DNA of 64,000 nt from Thermotogota bacterium (GCA_039679545.1 JBDKUT010000163.1:1-64000), one strand, 5' to 3'. Counted from the stretch's first letter, positions 39,410 to 49,833 are shown. Notes: a model not told the origin generated them from the letters alone. Numbers and translations are program-made.

Positions 39410-40996
39410 GTGGTCATTAGGCGTAAGCGCGTGTACGTCGCAGTTCTCGTAGGAGCGCTGTCCTTGTTGCTCTATGGGACGCCTCTGCTCGCTAGTACTC
39501 CTGCAGACACCTTGGTCGTTGGAACCTTGCAGGAGATCTCTCTTGTGGACCCATCTATCGACTACAGCTTCACCGGCGGGCCCATCTTCCCAGCTGCGTA
39601 TGAGCGCCTCGTCACCTTCAATAGCCACACCGGGAAGGTTGAGCCTGAGCTAGCCGTCAGTTGGGACATATCGGAGGACGGCACGGTCTACACCTTCAAC
39701 GTGCGGCAGGGAGTGCAGTTTCACGATGGGTCAGCCCTCAACGCGGAATCTGTCAAGATCGCGTTTGACCGAACGATGAAGATCAACAGGGGACCGGCAT
39801 GGATGCTGCGCGACTACGTCAAGGAAGTCGCTGTCGTCTCACCCTACGTCGTGCAGATTACTCTGAAGGCTCCGTTCGGCCCCTTCTTGAAGGTGCTGAC
39901 CTCCTCTTGGGGTATGTCGATCATGAGCCCGAAAGCCTTGGCCGATCATGAGGAAGCGGGCGATCTCGCGCAAGGCTGGTTCCACGACAATATGTGCGGC
40001 ACGGGACCGTACAAACTCGTCAGCTGGACGAAGGGCCAACAGATGGTGTTCGAGAAGTTCGACGCATATTGGCGCGGATGGGACGGGAACCATGTTGACC
40101 GAGTCATCGTGCGGGTGGTCCCTGACCCTACGACCTTGGTCATGATGCTTCGAAACGCTGATATAGACATCGCCTCGTACGGGCTGGTTTCCGAGTTAGG
40201 ACCAAGCCTCGAGGGTGCCCCCCACTTGGTCACAGAGTCATACGAGACCTACACAACGGAAGCCGCTTTCATGAACACGACACGCGCCCCTCTTGACGAC
40301 GTCAGAGTGCGCCGAGCCATGTCGTACTCATTCCCCTACGAGGGAGCCTTGCAGGCCTATGGCGGCTACGCGGAGCGCTTGATTGGCCAATTGCCGCCCT
40401 CCTTGCCTGGTTTTGATCCCAACAGTCAGGTCTATCATCAAGACCTGGCCCTGGCCAAGAAACTGCTCACGGAAGCAGGAATCAATGAGGGTAGCCTGGC
40501 CTTGGAGTGCACGTGGGTTACTGAACAGCCAACCGGTGGAAGAATCGCCGAGCTCTGGCAACAGGATCTGGCAACGATCGGAGTGACCCTCAAGCTGACC
40601 GAGGTGAACGCTGCCGGCGGTTGGCTCCGAATATCCAGCCCGGAGACAACGGCTGACTTCACGATCACGAGGTGGGGAGTCGACTACCCTGACGCTCTGT
40701 CCAATCTGCTGCCTCTATACAAGAGCGATCTCACACCTGACAAAGGCGGGTACAACATCGGGCGATACAGCAATCCCTACGTGGATCAGCTCCTCATCCA
40801 AGCCTCTCAGGAGGCGAATGTAGAAAAGGCAGTGCTCCTGGAGCAAGAAGTTCAACGCTACATCACGGACGATGCCCCGTCCATCTTCATCGTTGCAGTA
40901 CCGCAGCTTGTCTGCTATCAGGACACCGTCAAGGGGTTTGTCTACGACCCGGGCTACTTCAGCTCCTTCAACCTCTATAACATGTACAAGGAGTAG
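39410..40996 (+). CDS. ABC transporter substrate-binding protein, family 5 (peptide/nickel), copy 1
   Basis: Signal peptide, PELAVSWDISEDGTVYTF, FHDGS, GTGPYKL and DVRVRRAMSY. AAGGAGG RBS. Confidence 0.92.
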   Translation: MVIRRKRVYVAVLVGALSLLLYGTPLLASTPADTLVVGTLQEISLVDPSIDYSFTGGPIFPAAYERLVTFNSHTGKVEPELAVSWDISEDGTVYTFNVRQGVQFHDGSALNAESVKIAFDRTMKINRGPAWMLRDYVKEVAVVSPYVVQITLKAPFGPFLKVLTSSWGMSIMSPKALADHEEAGDLAQGWFHDNMCGTGPYKLVSWTKGQQMVFEKFDAYWRGWDGNHVDRVIVRVVPDPTTLVMMLRNADIDIASYGLVSELGPSLEGAPHLVTESYETYTTEAAFMNTTRAPLDDVRVRRAMSYSFPYEGALQAYGGYAERLIGQLPPSLPGFDPNSQVYHQDLALAKKLLTEAGINEGSLALECTWVTEQPTGGRIAELWQQDLATIGVTLKLTEVNAAGGWLRISSPETTADFTITRWGVDYPDALSNLLPLYKSDLTPDKGGYNIGRYSNPYVDQLLIQASQEANVEKAVLLEQEVQRYITDDAPSIFIVAVPQLVCYQDTVKGFVYDPGYFSSFNLYNMYKE

Positions 40997-41006
40997 TTTC
41001 TTCTTT

Positions 41007-41036
41007 CCCCCTGCGGTGCCTGCGCACCGCAGGGGG
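41007..41036 (+). terminator. Intra-operon stem-loop after the SBP gene
   Basis: Perfect 13-bp stem CCCCCTGCGGTGC-CTGC-GCACCGCAGGGGG with no U tract on +, so probably a transcript stabiliser. Confidence 0.6.
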
Positions 41037-41049
41037 CCCATTCGACATC

Positions 41050-42063
41050 ATGGCCTACGTCATCTACGTCCTGAAGAGATGCGCTCTGCTGCTGCTCGTG
41101 ATCCTTGGGGTCGTGACACTGACCTTTTTCGTATCTCACGTGCTGCCTGCGGATCCCGCCAGACTCAGCGGCGGGATCCGTGCTAGACCGGAACAGGTCG
41201 AAGCCCTTAGGGCAAAACTGAACCTCGACAAGCCCATACTCACGCAGTATTGGCTGTATCTTAGGGGACTGTCGAGAGGCGACTTGGGTACCTCGGTTCG
41301 CACGGAGCAACCAGTGAGTAGAGATCTTCTCACCTACTTTCCCGCTACTCTTGAGTTGACGTTCTCTGCGGTGATGCTTGCCATGTGCGTCGGTATCCCG
41401 CTCGGAGTCCTTTCGGCCACCTCAAGAAGACGCTTCTTCGACTTCGGTGTCAGGACCTTCTCTGTTGGCGCTGTCTCTATACCCTCGTTCTGGCTTGGCC
41501 TGATGCTTCAACTGGTGTTCTACATGAACCTCAACCTGCTGCCTTGCCAAGGACGCCTCAGCCCCTTTGTCGCCCCTCCCAGCCACACTACCGGCCTGTA
41601 CGTTCTAGATAGTCTCTTGGCTTGGAACGGTGCAGCCCTGGTCAACTCTCTGCAGCACCTCGTTCTGCCCACGCTGGCCTTAGGTGCTGGATCACTTGCA
41701 GTCATGACACGAATGACGCGGTCCAGCGTACTTGAGGTTCTTCGTACTGACTATGTTCAGACAGCGTGGGCGAAGGGGCTCTCGAAACAGGCCGTTCTCC
41801 TCAAGCATGTGCTTCGGAACGCTCTCCTGGCAATATCCACCGTGATAGGCCTTCAAATCGGCGCTCTTCTTGCAGGATCTATCCCCATCGAAGTCGTGTT
41901 CTCCTGGCCTGGTGTTGGCTCCTACGCTGCGAAAGCCATCACGTTTGTGGATTTCAACGCCATTCTCGGGGTCACCATCATCAGCGCGGTGGCATATGCA
42001 GTGCTGAATCTCATGATCGATCTGCTGTACTTGTCAATTGACCCGCGTATTAGGTATGTCTAG
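41050..42063 (+). CDS. ABC transporter permease, DppB-like, copy 1
   Basis: GDLGTS, FPATLEL, DYVQTAWAKGL and EVVFSWPGVG. Confidence 0.92.
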   Translation: MAYVIYVLKRCALLLLVILGVVTLTFFVSHVLPADPARLSGGIRARPEQVEALRAKLNLDKPILTQYWLYLRGLSRGDLGTSVRTEQPVSRDLLTYFPATLELTFSAVMLAMCVGIPLGVLSATSRRRFFDFGVRTFSVGAVSIPSFWLGLMLQLVFYMNLNLLPCQGRLSPFVAPPSHTTGLYVLDSLLAWNGAALVNSLQHLVLPTLALGAGSLAVMTRMTRSSVLEVLRTDYVQTAWAKGLSKQAVLLKHVLRNALLAISTVIGLQIGALLAGSIPIEVVFSWPGVGSYAAKAITFVDFNAILGVTIISAVAYAVLNLMIDLLYLSIDPRIRYV

Positions 42064-42417
42064 CGCGCCTGACTCCATGCGAAAAACCGGCAGCCAACCA
42101 GCCAAACATAGGCCAGCGGTTCTCGGTCGCCTAGGCCTCCGCCCTCTATTGTTGTGTTTTCTGCAACGGGGTTGCGTGGGCCTAGAGGGATCGATGTGGC
42201 TGATCCTCGACTATGACTGGCTCCGACGCTGGGCCGTGGCGTTCGGGTGCGCGAAGCGCCTCATGCGGACTGGGACACAGCGAGTGCTGCCCGGCTGCGA
42301 ATCCGACATGTCATGGCGCATCCGGGCGGCGCCTGACCCTGCACGCCGCATCGCCGATAGCCAACCGAGAAGCCCAGTCCCCGCAACGGTCACGCCGCCA
42401 CAATGGAGGTCCGCCGA

Positions 42418-43290
42418 GTGATCAGGAAGAGCTGCTACCTAGCCCGCAAGCTGATGAGCGTCCAGCGGGTCATCTCCAAGGATGCAATCGGCGTAGTGGG
42501 AGCATCGATATGTGTGCTCATGCTGGGCATTGCGCTGCTTGCCCCGCACATTGCGCCCTACAATCCTTTGGCAGCGGACATGAAGATCCGGCTAGTCGCT
42601 CCGTGCGCTGCGCATGTCATGGGAACGGATGAACTGGGCCGAGACGTCCTTTCTCGGGTGATCTACGGCTCTCGGATCTCACTGCTCGTATCGATTTCGG
42701 TTGTCTCTATCGCGTTCCTCGCCGGGGTCCTCTTGGGCGCTGTCAGTGGCTTCTTTGGCGGCTGGGTCGACAACCTCATCATGCGGGTGACAGATGTCTT
42801 CCTTGCGTTCCCCGCATTGATGCTGGCGATGGTTGTTGCGTTCGCCTTCGGTCCCGGAATCCGTTCAACCGTTCTGGCGATGTCGGTTGTCTGGTGGCCC
42901 TGGTATGCACGGCTGGTGCGGGCTTCTGCTCTCTCCATTAGGGAGCACACATTCGTTGAAGCCGCTCGTGCTACTGGTGTTTCGAGGGGGGGCATCCTCT
43001 TCCGCCACATACTCCCAAACTGCCTCGCTTCGTCTCTCGTGCAGGCGACGTTGGATATGGGGTATGCCATCCTTACGACAGCGACTCTGAGTTTTCTGGG
43101 CCTCGGCGCGCAGCCCCCAACCCCCGAATGGGGATCAATGATCAACCAGTCACGATCGTATCTTCTGGTCGCGTGGTGGACAATTACGTTTCCAGGCATA
43201 GGCATCTTCATCACAGTGCTCGGGATCAATCTCCTCGGAGATGCCGTTCGGGATTTCATGGACCCGAAACTGCGCCATGTCAGGAACTGA
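42418..43290 (+). CDS. ABC transporter permease, DppC-like, copy 1
   Basis: HVMGTDELGRDVLSR, FVEAARATG, LSFLGLG..PPTPEWG. GGAGG RBS before GTG 42418. Confidence 0.92.
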   Translation: MIRKSCYLARKLMSVQRVISKDAIGVVGASICVLMLGIALLAPHIAPYNPLAADMKIRLVAPCAAHVMGTDELGRDVLSRVIYGSRISLLVSISVVSIAFLAGVLLGAVSGFFGGWVDNLIMRVTDVFLAFPALMLAMVVAFAFGPGIRSTVLAMSVVWWPWYARLVRASALSIREHTFVEAARATGVSRGGILFRHILPNCLASSLVQATLDMGYAILTTATLSFLGLGAQPPTPEWGSMINQSRSYLLVAWWTITFPGIGIFITVLGINLLGDAVRDFMDPKLRHVRN

Positions 43291-43302
43291 GAATGGAGGA
43301 CC

Positions 43303-44355
43303 ATGATGGCAGAACCAAGATGGAGTGACTATTCTGGTGTTGTGCACGTCCACTCTACGTGTTCTGATGGCTTGGGTTCGATGGAACAGATCATCGATGC
43401 GGCGTGTGCGGAGCACCTGGATTACCTGATTACTACGGATCACAACACGCTGGCACCAAGGCACCATGAAGGATGGCACGGCGATACCCTCGTCCTGGTA
43501 GAAGAGGAAGTCACTCAACCCGCCAACCATCTCTTGGCTTTGAACATCCGCGATGAGATCGTTCCGCCAATTAGCCCACAGCAATCGATCGACGCAGTGC
43601 TCGCACAGGGGGGGCTCGCTTTCATGGCCCATCCCTTCTATCAGGGGAGCAAACTTCTCGGCGATCCACCGATCCCCTGGACTGATTGGAAGGCGACTGG
43701 CTTCACCGGGATGGAGATCTGGAACTTCACGGCGGAATTGTATGAGAGCCTCTCGGAAGAGAAGGAGCTGCGACCGCTCGAGACGTATCGTGCGCTGATG
43801 CGGCCTAAAGCAGAGGTGTTGAGAACATGGGACCGGCTTCAGCAAGAACGCCGCGTTGTAGGCCTTGCTGGGCTTGATGCTCATGCGGAGCAGATCGTGC
43901 AAGGCGGAGAGAGAGTGACTCTATTGCCTTACGCAACGATATTCCGCACTCTCCGCATGCATGTACTCCTTGAGCATCCATTCACCGGTAGCCTGCCAGA
44001 TGACAGACGAGCTGTCTATGCGGCTCTACGAGACGGTCATGGTTATATCGCCTTCGAATACGAGTCCCCAGTAGACTCCTTCACCTTTGCGGCCGTTGAC
44101 AGAACGGGAGCAATTGCAGGGGTGATGGGCGATGAGTTCGGATGGAAGCCTGGCATGCGTTTGTCCATCGCACTCCCCAGACCAGCAGCAATCAGGGTCA
44201 TCCGGAATGGAGAAACGCTCGAAGAGGTCTGCGGCCCTTCACTCCTTCTTTCTGTTGAAGAGGACGGCTGCTATCGCGTAGAGGTCCAGCGGGACGCTCT
44301 CCCGTGGATAGTGTCCAACCCCATATACATTCGAAATGGGCGCTCCTCAACTTGA
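43303..44355 (+). CDS. PHP-domain metallohydrolase (CehA/McbA-like)
   Basis: GVVHVHSTCSDG, TTDHN, MAHPF, GLDAH and C-terminal SNPIY. Confidence 0.85.
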   Translation: MMAEPRWSDYSGVVHVHSTCSDGLGSMEQIIDAACAEHLDYLITTDHNTLAPRHHEGWHGDTLVLVEEEVTQPANHLLALNIRDEIVPPISPQQSIDAVLAQGGLAFMAHPFYQGSKLLGDPPIPWTDWKATGFTGMEIWNFTAELYESLSEEKELRPLETYRALMRPKAEVLRTWDRLQQERRVVGLAGLDAHAEQIVQGGERVTLLPYATIFRTLRMHVLLEHPFTGSLPDDRRAVYAALRDGHGYIAFEYESPVDSFTFAAVDRTGAIAGVMGDEFGWKPGMRLSIALPRPAAIRVIRNGETLEEVCGPSLLLSVEEDGCYRVEVQRDALPWIVSNPIYIRNGRSST

Positions 44356-44370
44356 GAAGAGCAGTACGGC

Positions 44371-44516
44371 GTGTTGGACGGCCGCCTAGCACAGCGGATG
44401 CGGATGCAGGCCATGCGGGCCGAGGTCGGCTGCACAGTTCGCCGGTCGCCGATCGACCGGGCACTCGGGCCTTTGACCGCGCGTTCACCGCAGCGGGAAA
44501 GACGTTCGGCCGCTGA
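44371..44516 (+). pseudogene. Hollowed remnant of the class III aminotransferase (5' end joined to 3' end)
   Basis: LDGRLAQRMRMQAMRAEV vs MDGYLAQRKRMQISQVEI, and FDRAFTAAGKTFGR* vs FDRAFAAAERKFGR* of 49834-51288. Confidence 0.85.
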
Positions 44517-44529
44517 GGTGGGCCACGCC

Positions 44530-44758
44530 ACAAGTCAGCCAGCCAAGGTGCCGTGCTCGGGTCAACCAACGCCGGCCTCGTCGCACGCATGGCCTCGCTG
44601 CCGCAGCCGGGAGAGATGGCCCTCAGTCATGTCGCACTACCCGGGCGGAGAATAGCCCAACCAGGCCGTCGCGGCCGACACGCCGGGAGGTGGACGAGCT
44701 CCTCTACGTCCACCCAAACCACGGGCTCCCCTCGTTCACTGCGTTCCGCAGTGGCTGA
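44530..44758 (+). pseudogene. Hollowed remnant of ribokinase (5' end joined to 3' end)
   Basis: VLGSTNAGLVARMASLPQPGE vs [21 protein letters not shown], and RREVDELLYVHPNHGLPSF vs [19 protein letters not shown] of 51301-52251. Confidence 0.85.
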
Positions 44759-44764
44759 TCGGGG

Positions 44765-44900
44765 CGCGGACGCTCGATGGGTCCATCTCGGAAGCGGTCT
44801 CGGACTTGGCCGCCTCGAGACGATGCCGTGAGCCGACGCCATCACGACTTTTCCTGTCACGATGAGCAGACGCACGGCCGCGGACTCCACACCGGGGAAC
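44765..44900 (-). pseudogene. Hollowed remnant of the Cys-rich secreted gene
   Basis: tctcggacttggccgcctc...tcacgatgagcag aligns with tctccgacttgatcgcctc...tcaccaagagcag (about 52757-52830). EAAKSE vs EAIKSE, and MDPS vs IEPS at the gene end. Confidence 0.6.
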
Positions 44901-45068
44901 CCAGGCAAACGAACAAGAGCGACGGTTCACCGACACGTCCACAGGAACGAGCACTTTTCTGATAACCGCCTCGCGGAGTTGTCAAGTCACGTGAAGGATC
45001 TCCGGAAAGCCGGACGCTGGAGAGGTCTCCTGCTCGACTTTGGCTAGTCGGAGCGGTTTGCGTCGGCA

Positions 45069-45152
45069 TTGACTGGGGGTGAGTCCTGACTATAATGGCA
45101 ACGATTTCGGAAAACGATACCCCGAAGAACCGAACAGCGCGCAAACGTCTTC
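45069..45152 (+). promoter_or_regulatory. Sigma70 promoter and LacI-type operators (copy 2)
   Basis: TTGACT-16-TATAAT (45069-45096), GGCAACGATTTC, GAAAACGATACC and GCAAACGTCTTC (45141-45152). Confidence 0.8.
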
Positions 45153-45163
45153 CGAAACACTCC

Positions 45164-46228
45164 ATGAATCGACGAGAGCCGAAGAAGCGAGCCACGATCC
45201 GCGACGTCGCCCTCCGCGCAGGGGTTTCGATCAGCACCGTCTCCCGGGTGATCAATCACAAGGACTCCTCGCAAATGCGCGACACCACGCGGGAGCGCGT
45301 CGTCGACGCGATGGCGGCCCTCGACTACACGCCGGTGAAGGCCGCCCGCGACCTGCGCCGGCGAAGAACTCACGTCGTGGCCCTCCTCGTCCCCGACATC
45401 TCCAATCCGTTCTTCTCGCTCCTCGCACGCGGGGTCGAGGCCGCCGGATTCAAGGTGGGGTACTCGACGCTGATCTGCGACACCAACAACTCCGGGGACG
45501 AGGAGCGGCAGTACATGAGCGTCCTCCTTCGGCAGAACGTGGACGGGGTGATCCTGGTCCCGGTAGGAAAGCCCGACCGCGCGAGTCTGGAGAGGCTGGA
45601 CCGCTCGAACATCCCGGTGGTCACGGCGGATCGCCGGGCGCCGGGCATCCCGCACGTCGAGGCCGACAACGCCGGAGGCAGCCGCAACCTGGCGAAGAGC
45701 CTCGTCAGCCTTGGGTACCGAAGGATCGCGTACCTCGGAGGCCCGCAAGAGGTCAGTACGGCCGAGGACCGGCTCCAAGGCTTTCTGGAAGGCCTCGCCG
45801 AAGGCGGCGCCGCTCCGGCGGCGGTTCGCCGAGGAGATTTCACGTACGACTCCGGGGTGTCCTTGGGCGCCGAGATTCTGGGGGAAAAGCGCCTGGACGC
45901 CGTCGTCGCCGGCAACGACCTGATGGCGATCGGCGTCCTCCACGCGGCGATGGCTGCGGGGCGAAGAGTGCCCGAGGACCTTGGAGTCGCCGGATTCGAC
46001 GACATTCAGTGGGCGGCCCTCGTGCGGCCGCGGCTCACCACGGTCCGGGTCCCCTTTCTGGAGATCGGGCAGTGCGCGGCACGTGCCCTCGTCGCCCGCA
46101 TCCTGTCCCACGAGAGCGCAGAGGAGCACACCCGTCTCCCCGTCAGCTTGGTAATCGGCGACTCGACGTGTGCACAAAGGAATACAGGACTGGGTCGTCC
46201 TCGGGGAACGGACCCGAAAGCGAGGTGA
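45164..46228 (+). CDS. LacI-family transcriptional regulator (RbsR/PurR-like)
   Basis: TIRDVALRAGVSISTVSRVIN, PDISNPFF, NDLMAIG and VPEDLGVAGFDD. Confidence 0.93.
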   Translation: MNRREPKKRATIRDVALRAGVSISTVSRVINHKDSSQMRDTTRERVVDAMAALDYTPVKAARDLRRRRTHVVALLVPDISNPFFSLLARGVEAAGFKVGYSTLICDTNNSGDEERQYMSVLLRQNVDGVILVPVGKPDRASLERLDRSNIPVVTADRRAPGIPHVEADNAGGSRNLAKSLVSLGYRRIAYLGGPQEVSTAEDRLQGFLEGLAEGGAAPAAVRRGDFTYDSGVSLGAEILGEKRLDAVVAGNDLMAIGVLHAAMAAGRRVPEDLGVAGFDDIQWAALVRPRLTTVRVPFLEIGQCAARALVARILSHESAEEHTRLPVSLVIGDSTCAQRNTGLGRPRGTDPKAR

Positions 46229-46290
46229 TCGAAGGTCGAAGGGCAGTTCGGGAGCGTAGGCTACGGCAAGTGTGCAGGGAGGCTTGAACC

Positions 46291-47850
46291 ATGAGAACCC
46301 GTTTTGCTTGTTGCCTTGTGGCGTTGCTCGGCGTCTCGGCGGTCTCCGCGATCGCCTCCACCCCCGCCGACACCTTGGTGGTCGGGGTTGTGGAGGAAGT
46401 CACGACGATGGATCCCGCTATCGACTACACGTTTGGAAGCGGACCGCTCTTCCGGGCCGCTTACGAAAGGCTCGTGACCTTCAACACGGCGTCCGGGAAG
46501 ATCGAGCCGCAGCTGGCTCTCTCCTGGGACGTGTCGGACGACGGCCAGTTCTACACGTTCCACCTCCGCAAGGGCGTGACGTTCCACGACGGCGCGGCGT
46601 TCAACGCAGCGGCCGTAAAGACGGCCTACGACCGCGTCATGACGATCAACGAGGGTCCGGCGTGGATGCTGACCTCGTACGTCGCGGCAATCGATGTCGT
46701 GGATGACGCGACCGTCCGATTCACAATGAAGACGTACCCATTCGTCCCATTCCTGCGCGTGCTCAGCTCCTATTGGGGCATGTGCATCGCCAGCCCCACC
46801 GCCATCACCCAGAACGCGGGCGACGACATGGGGAAGACGTTCTTCCGAAATCACATCGTCGGAACCGGCCCGTACAAGCTCGTCGAGTGGGTCGAGGGCC
46901 AGCAGATGGTGTTTGAGCGCTTTGACGGGTACTGGGGCGGCTGGACCGGCAACCACGTGAACCGCATCGTGCTGCGGAAGATCCTCGACACGACGACGAT
47001 GGCCCTGCTCCTCGAGAGCGGCGACCTGGACATCGCGTACGGGATCCCGCTCGATGAGCTGACGAGCCTGAACGGCAAGCCCGGCGTCGTCATCGGCGTC
47101 CACGACACGTTCACGACGAACATGATCGCGATGAACACGACGAAGGGCCCGCTCGCCGACGTTCGCGTGCGCCGAGCGCTCTCCTACTCGTTCGACTACG
47201 CGAGCGCGATGGAGGTCTTTGCCGGGTACACAACGCCCCTCATTGGCCAGATTCCGGCCGGCATGCCGGGTCACGACGACAGCCTGCCGCACTACGTCTT
47301 CGACCTCGACGTGGCGAAGCAGCTGCTCGCCGAAGCAGGGTACGCGAAGGGGCTTTCGCTCGAGTACACCTGGGTCACGGAAGAGCCGGAGGGACGCCGG
47401 GTCGGCGTTCTGTGGCAGGACACGCTACGGAAGATCGGCGTCGATTTGAAGGTCACCGAAGTCACGGTCGCCGGACACTGGGACCGAGTCTCGAACATCG
47501 AGACGATGCCGGATCTCGCCAACTACCGGTGGGGCATCGACTACCCAGACCCGTCGTCCGTCCTGGTGCCGCTCTACCACGGCGACAACGCGCCCCCGGC
47601 GGGCTACAACCTCTCGCGGCTCGCGGATCCGCGGGTCAACGCCATCCTCGACGCATCGGGGAAGGAACCCGATGAGACGAAGAGACTCCAACTCCTGGCG
47701 GAGGCCCAGTCGCTCCTGCTGACCGGTGCTTCCAACATCTGGATCACGGCGGTTCCGGTCACGGTCTGCATGCGCAGCAACGTGCAGGGCTACGTTTTTG
47801 AACCGGCCGCGTTCTCATCGTTCAACTTCTACGACATCTACAAGAAGTAG
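46291..47850 (+). CDS. ABC transporter substrate-binding protein, family 5, copy 2
   Basis: Signal peptide, PQLALSWDVSDDG, FHDG and GTGPYKL. Paralog of 39410-40996. Confidence 0.92.
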   Translation: MRTRFACCLVALLGVSAVSAIASTPADTLVVGVVEEVTTMDPAIDYTFGSGPLFRAAYERLVTFNTASGKIEPQLALSWDVSDDGQFYTFHLRKGVTFHDGAAFNAAAVKTAYDRVMTINEGPAWMLTSYVAAIDVVDDATVRFTMKTYPFVPFLRVLSSYWGMCIASPTAITQNAGDDMGKTFFRNHIVGTGPYKLVEWVEGQQMVFERFDGYWGGWTGNHVNRIVLRKILDTTTMALLLESGDLDIAYGIPLDELTSLNGKPGVVIGVHDTFTTNMIAMNTTKGPLADVRVRRALSYSFDYASAMEVFAGYTTPLIGQIPAGMPGHDDSLPHYVFDLDVAKQLLAEAGYAKGLSLEYTWVTEEPEGRRVGVLWQDTLRKIGVDLKVTEVTVAGHWDRVSNIETMPDLANYRWGIDYPDPSSVLVPLYHGDNAPPAGYNLSRLADPRVNAILDASGKEPDETKRLQLLAEAQSLLLTGASNIWITAVPVTVCMRSNVQGYVFEPAAFSSFNFYDIYKK

Positions 47851-47919
47851 GATTCGGCTCTCAGATGGGGGAGTTCCTCCGATGAGGAGAGGGCTCCCCC
47901 CTTGCTGGATCGGCAGGTC

Positions 47920-48924
47920 ATGGTTCGCTACATCGTGAAGCGGTTGGCGCTCTTGACCATCACGCTCCTGGGCGTGTTGACGCTGACCTTCTTTGTCTCG
48001 CACGTCGTTCCCGGAGATCCGGCGCGCCTCGCGGCGGGCGTACGCGCCAGGCCCGAACAGGTCGAAGCACTCCGAACAAGGCTCGGCCTCGACCGCCCGC
48101 TGTGGCAGCAGTACGGCCACTACATCGCTGGCGTGGTTCGGGGGGACCTCGGAGAGTCGATCCGGACGCGCCGTCCGGTCTCCGCCGACCTGGCCGAGTA
48201 CTTCCCGGCCACGGTCGAACTCACCGCATTCGCCATGATCCTCTGTCTTCTCATCGGGATTCCACTCGGAATCGTCTCGGCCGTCAAGCGAGAGTCGGTC
48301 ATCGACCACGTCTCCCGCGTCGCGTCGACGGCGGCCGTGTCCATGCCCACGTTCTGGCTCGGCCTGCTCTTGCAGCTCCTCTTCTTCCGTTGGCTCCAGA
48401 TTCTCCCGGCGACGGGGCGCCTCGGCTTCTACCTCTCGCCGCCCGCCCACGCGACGGGGCTGTACGTGCTCGACAGCCTGTTCTCGGGGAACTGGACCGC
48501 GCTCGGAGACAGCCTCGTCCACCTCATTCTCCCAGCCACGGCGCTCGCGGCGAGTTCCATGGCCGTGATCACGCGCATGACGCGATCGAGCCTCCTCGAG
48601 ATCCTCTCCCTTGACTACGTCCGAACGGCTCGTTCGAAGGGACTGGCCGAGAAGGTCGTCATCCTCAAGCACGCACTTCGCAACGCGCTCTTGCCGAGTC
48701 TCACCGTCATCGGCCTGCAGGTTGGCGTGCTCCTGGCCGGAGCCGTGCTGATCGAAGTGGTCTTCAGCTGGCCCGGGATCGGGTTGTACGCCGTCCAATC
48801 CATCACGTTCGTCGACTTCCAGGCAATCCTCGGCGTCACCCTGATCACGGCGATCGTCTACTCCGGGGTCAACCTGATCGTCGACGTCTTGTACGGGGTC
48901 ATCGACCCACGAATTCACTACTAG
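47920..48924 (+). CDS. ABC transporter permease, DppB-like, copy 2
   Basis: GDLGES, FPATVEL and DYVRTARSKGL. Confidence 0.92.
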   Translation: MVRYIVKRLALLTITLLGVLTLTFFVSHVVPGDPARLAAGVRARPEQVEALRTRLGLDRPLWQQYGHYIAGVVRGDLGESIRTRRPVSADLAEYFPATVELTAFAMILCLLIGIPLGIVSAVKRESVIDHVSRVASTAAVSMPTFWLGLLLQLLFFRWLQILPATGRLGFYLSPPAHATGLYVLDSLFSGNWTALGDSLVHLILPATALAASSMAVITRMTRSSLLEILSLDYVRTARSKGLAEKVVILKHALRNALLPSLTVIGLQVGVLLAGAVLIEVVFSWPGIGLYAVQSITFVDFQAILGVTLITAIVYSGVNLIVDVLYGVIDPRIHY

Positions 48925-48936
48925 GAGAACGGGGAC

Positions 48937-49788
48937 ATGAAGGCATTCTGGGAGAAGCTCGGACGATGGATCGCGGTGAGGCCGCTCGCCGCCGCCGGAG
49001 CGGCGACCCTGCTCGCCATCCTGCTTCTCGCGCTCCTCGCACCGGTGCTCCCGCTTCAGGACCCTCAGTCCGTGAACATGCACGACAAGCTCCTTCCGCC
49101 GTCGGCGGCGCACCCGATGGGGACCGACGACCTCGGCCGCGACATCCTCAGTCGCGTCGTGAACGGTGCGCGGACCTCGCTCTTGGTGAGCGTTGTGGTC
49201 GTCGCCTGTGCCTCCGTGTTCGGCATGGGCGTCGGCCTGACGGCGGGCTACTTCGGTGGAATGGCGGACGAACTCATGATGCGGACGACGGACATCTTTC
49301 TCGCGTTCCCCGGACTCATCCTCGCCATGGCCGTCGCCGTCGTCCTCGGCCCCGGCGTCGTTCCGACGATCGTCGCTCTGTCCATCGTCTGGTGGCCGTG
49401 GTACGCCCGGCTGGCTCGATCGGAGGCGCTGATGCACAAGCAGGCGGACTTCGTGGAGGCGGCCCGAGCAACGGGCGTCCCGACGTGGAGGATCCTCCGT
49501 TCCCACATCCTTCCGAACTCGCTGTCGCCGCTCATCGTTCAGGCGACGCTCGACATGGGGTACGCGATCCTGACGACGGCGTCGCTGAGCTTTATCGGAT
49601 TGGGCGTGCAGGAGCCGACCGCGGAATGGGGCGCCATGCTCAACATCGGCCGAAAGTACCTTCTCTCCGCATGGTGGTTCATCACGTTCCCGGGTCTCGC
49701 CATCTTCATCACGGTTCTGGCGATCAACCTCGCCGGAGACGGCCTTCGAGACTACCTCGACCCGAGAACGAGGAAACGGGGCGCCTGA
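48937..49788 (+). CDS. ABC transporter permease, DppC-like, copy 2
   Basis: HPMGTDDLGRDILSR, FVEAARATG and EWGAML. Confidence 0.92.
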   Translation: MKAFWEKLGRWIAVRPLAAAGAATLLAILLLALLAPVLPLQDPQSVNMHDKLLPPSAAHPMGTDDLGRDILSRVVNGARTSLLVSVVVVACASVFGMGVGLTAGYFGGMADELMMRTTDIFLAFPGLILAMAVAVVLGPGVVPTIVALSIVWWPWYARLARSEALMHKQADFVEAARATGVPTWRILRSHILPNSLSPLIVQATLDMGYAILTTASLSFIGLGVQEPTAEWGAMLNIGRKYLLSAWWFITFPGLAIFITVLAINLAGDGLRDYLDPRTRKRGA

Positions 49789-49833
49789 CCCGCTTCGGGG
49801 CGGGCGCCCCACGTTAAAACAAAGGAGTACGAC

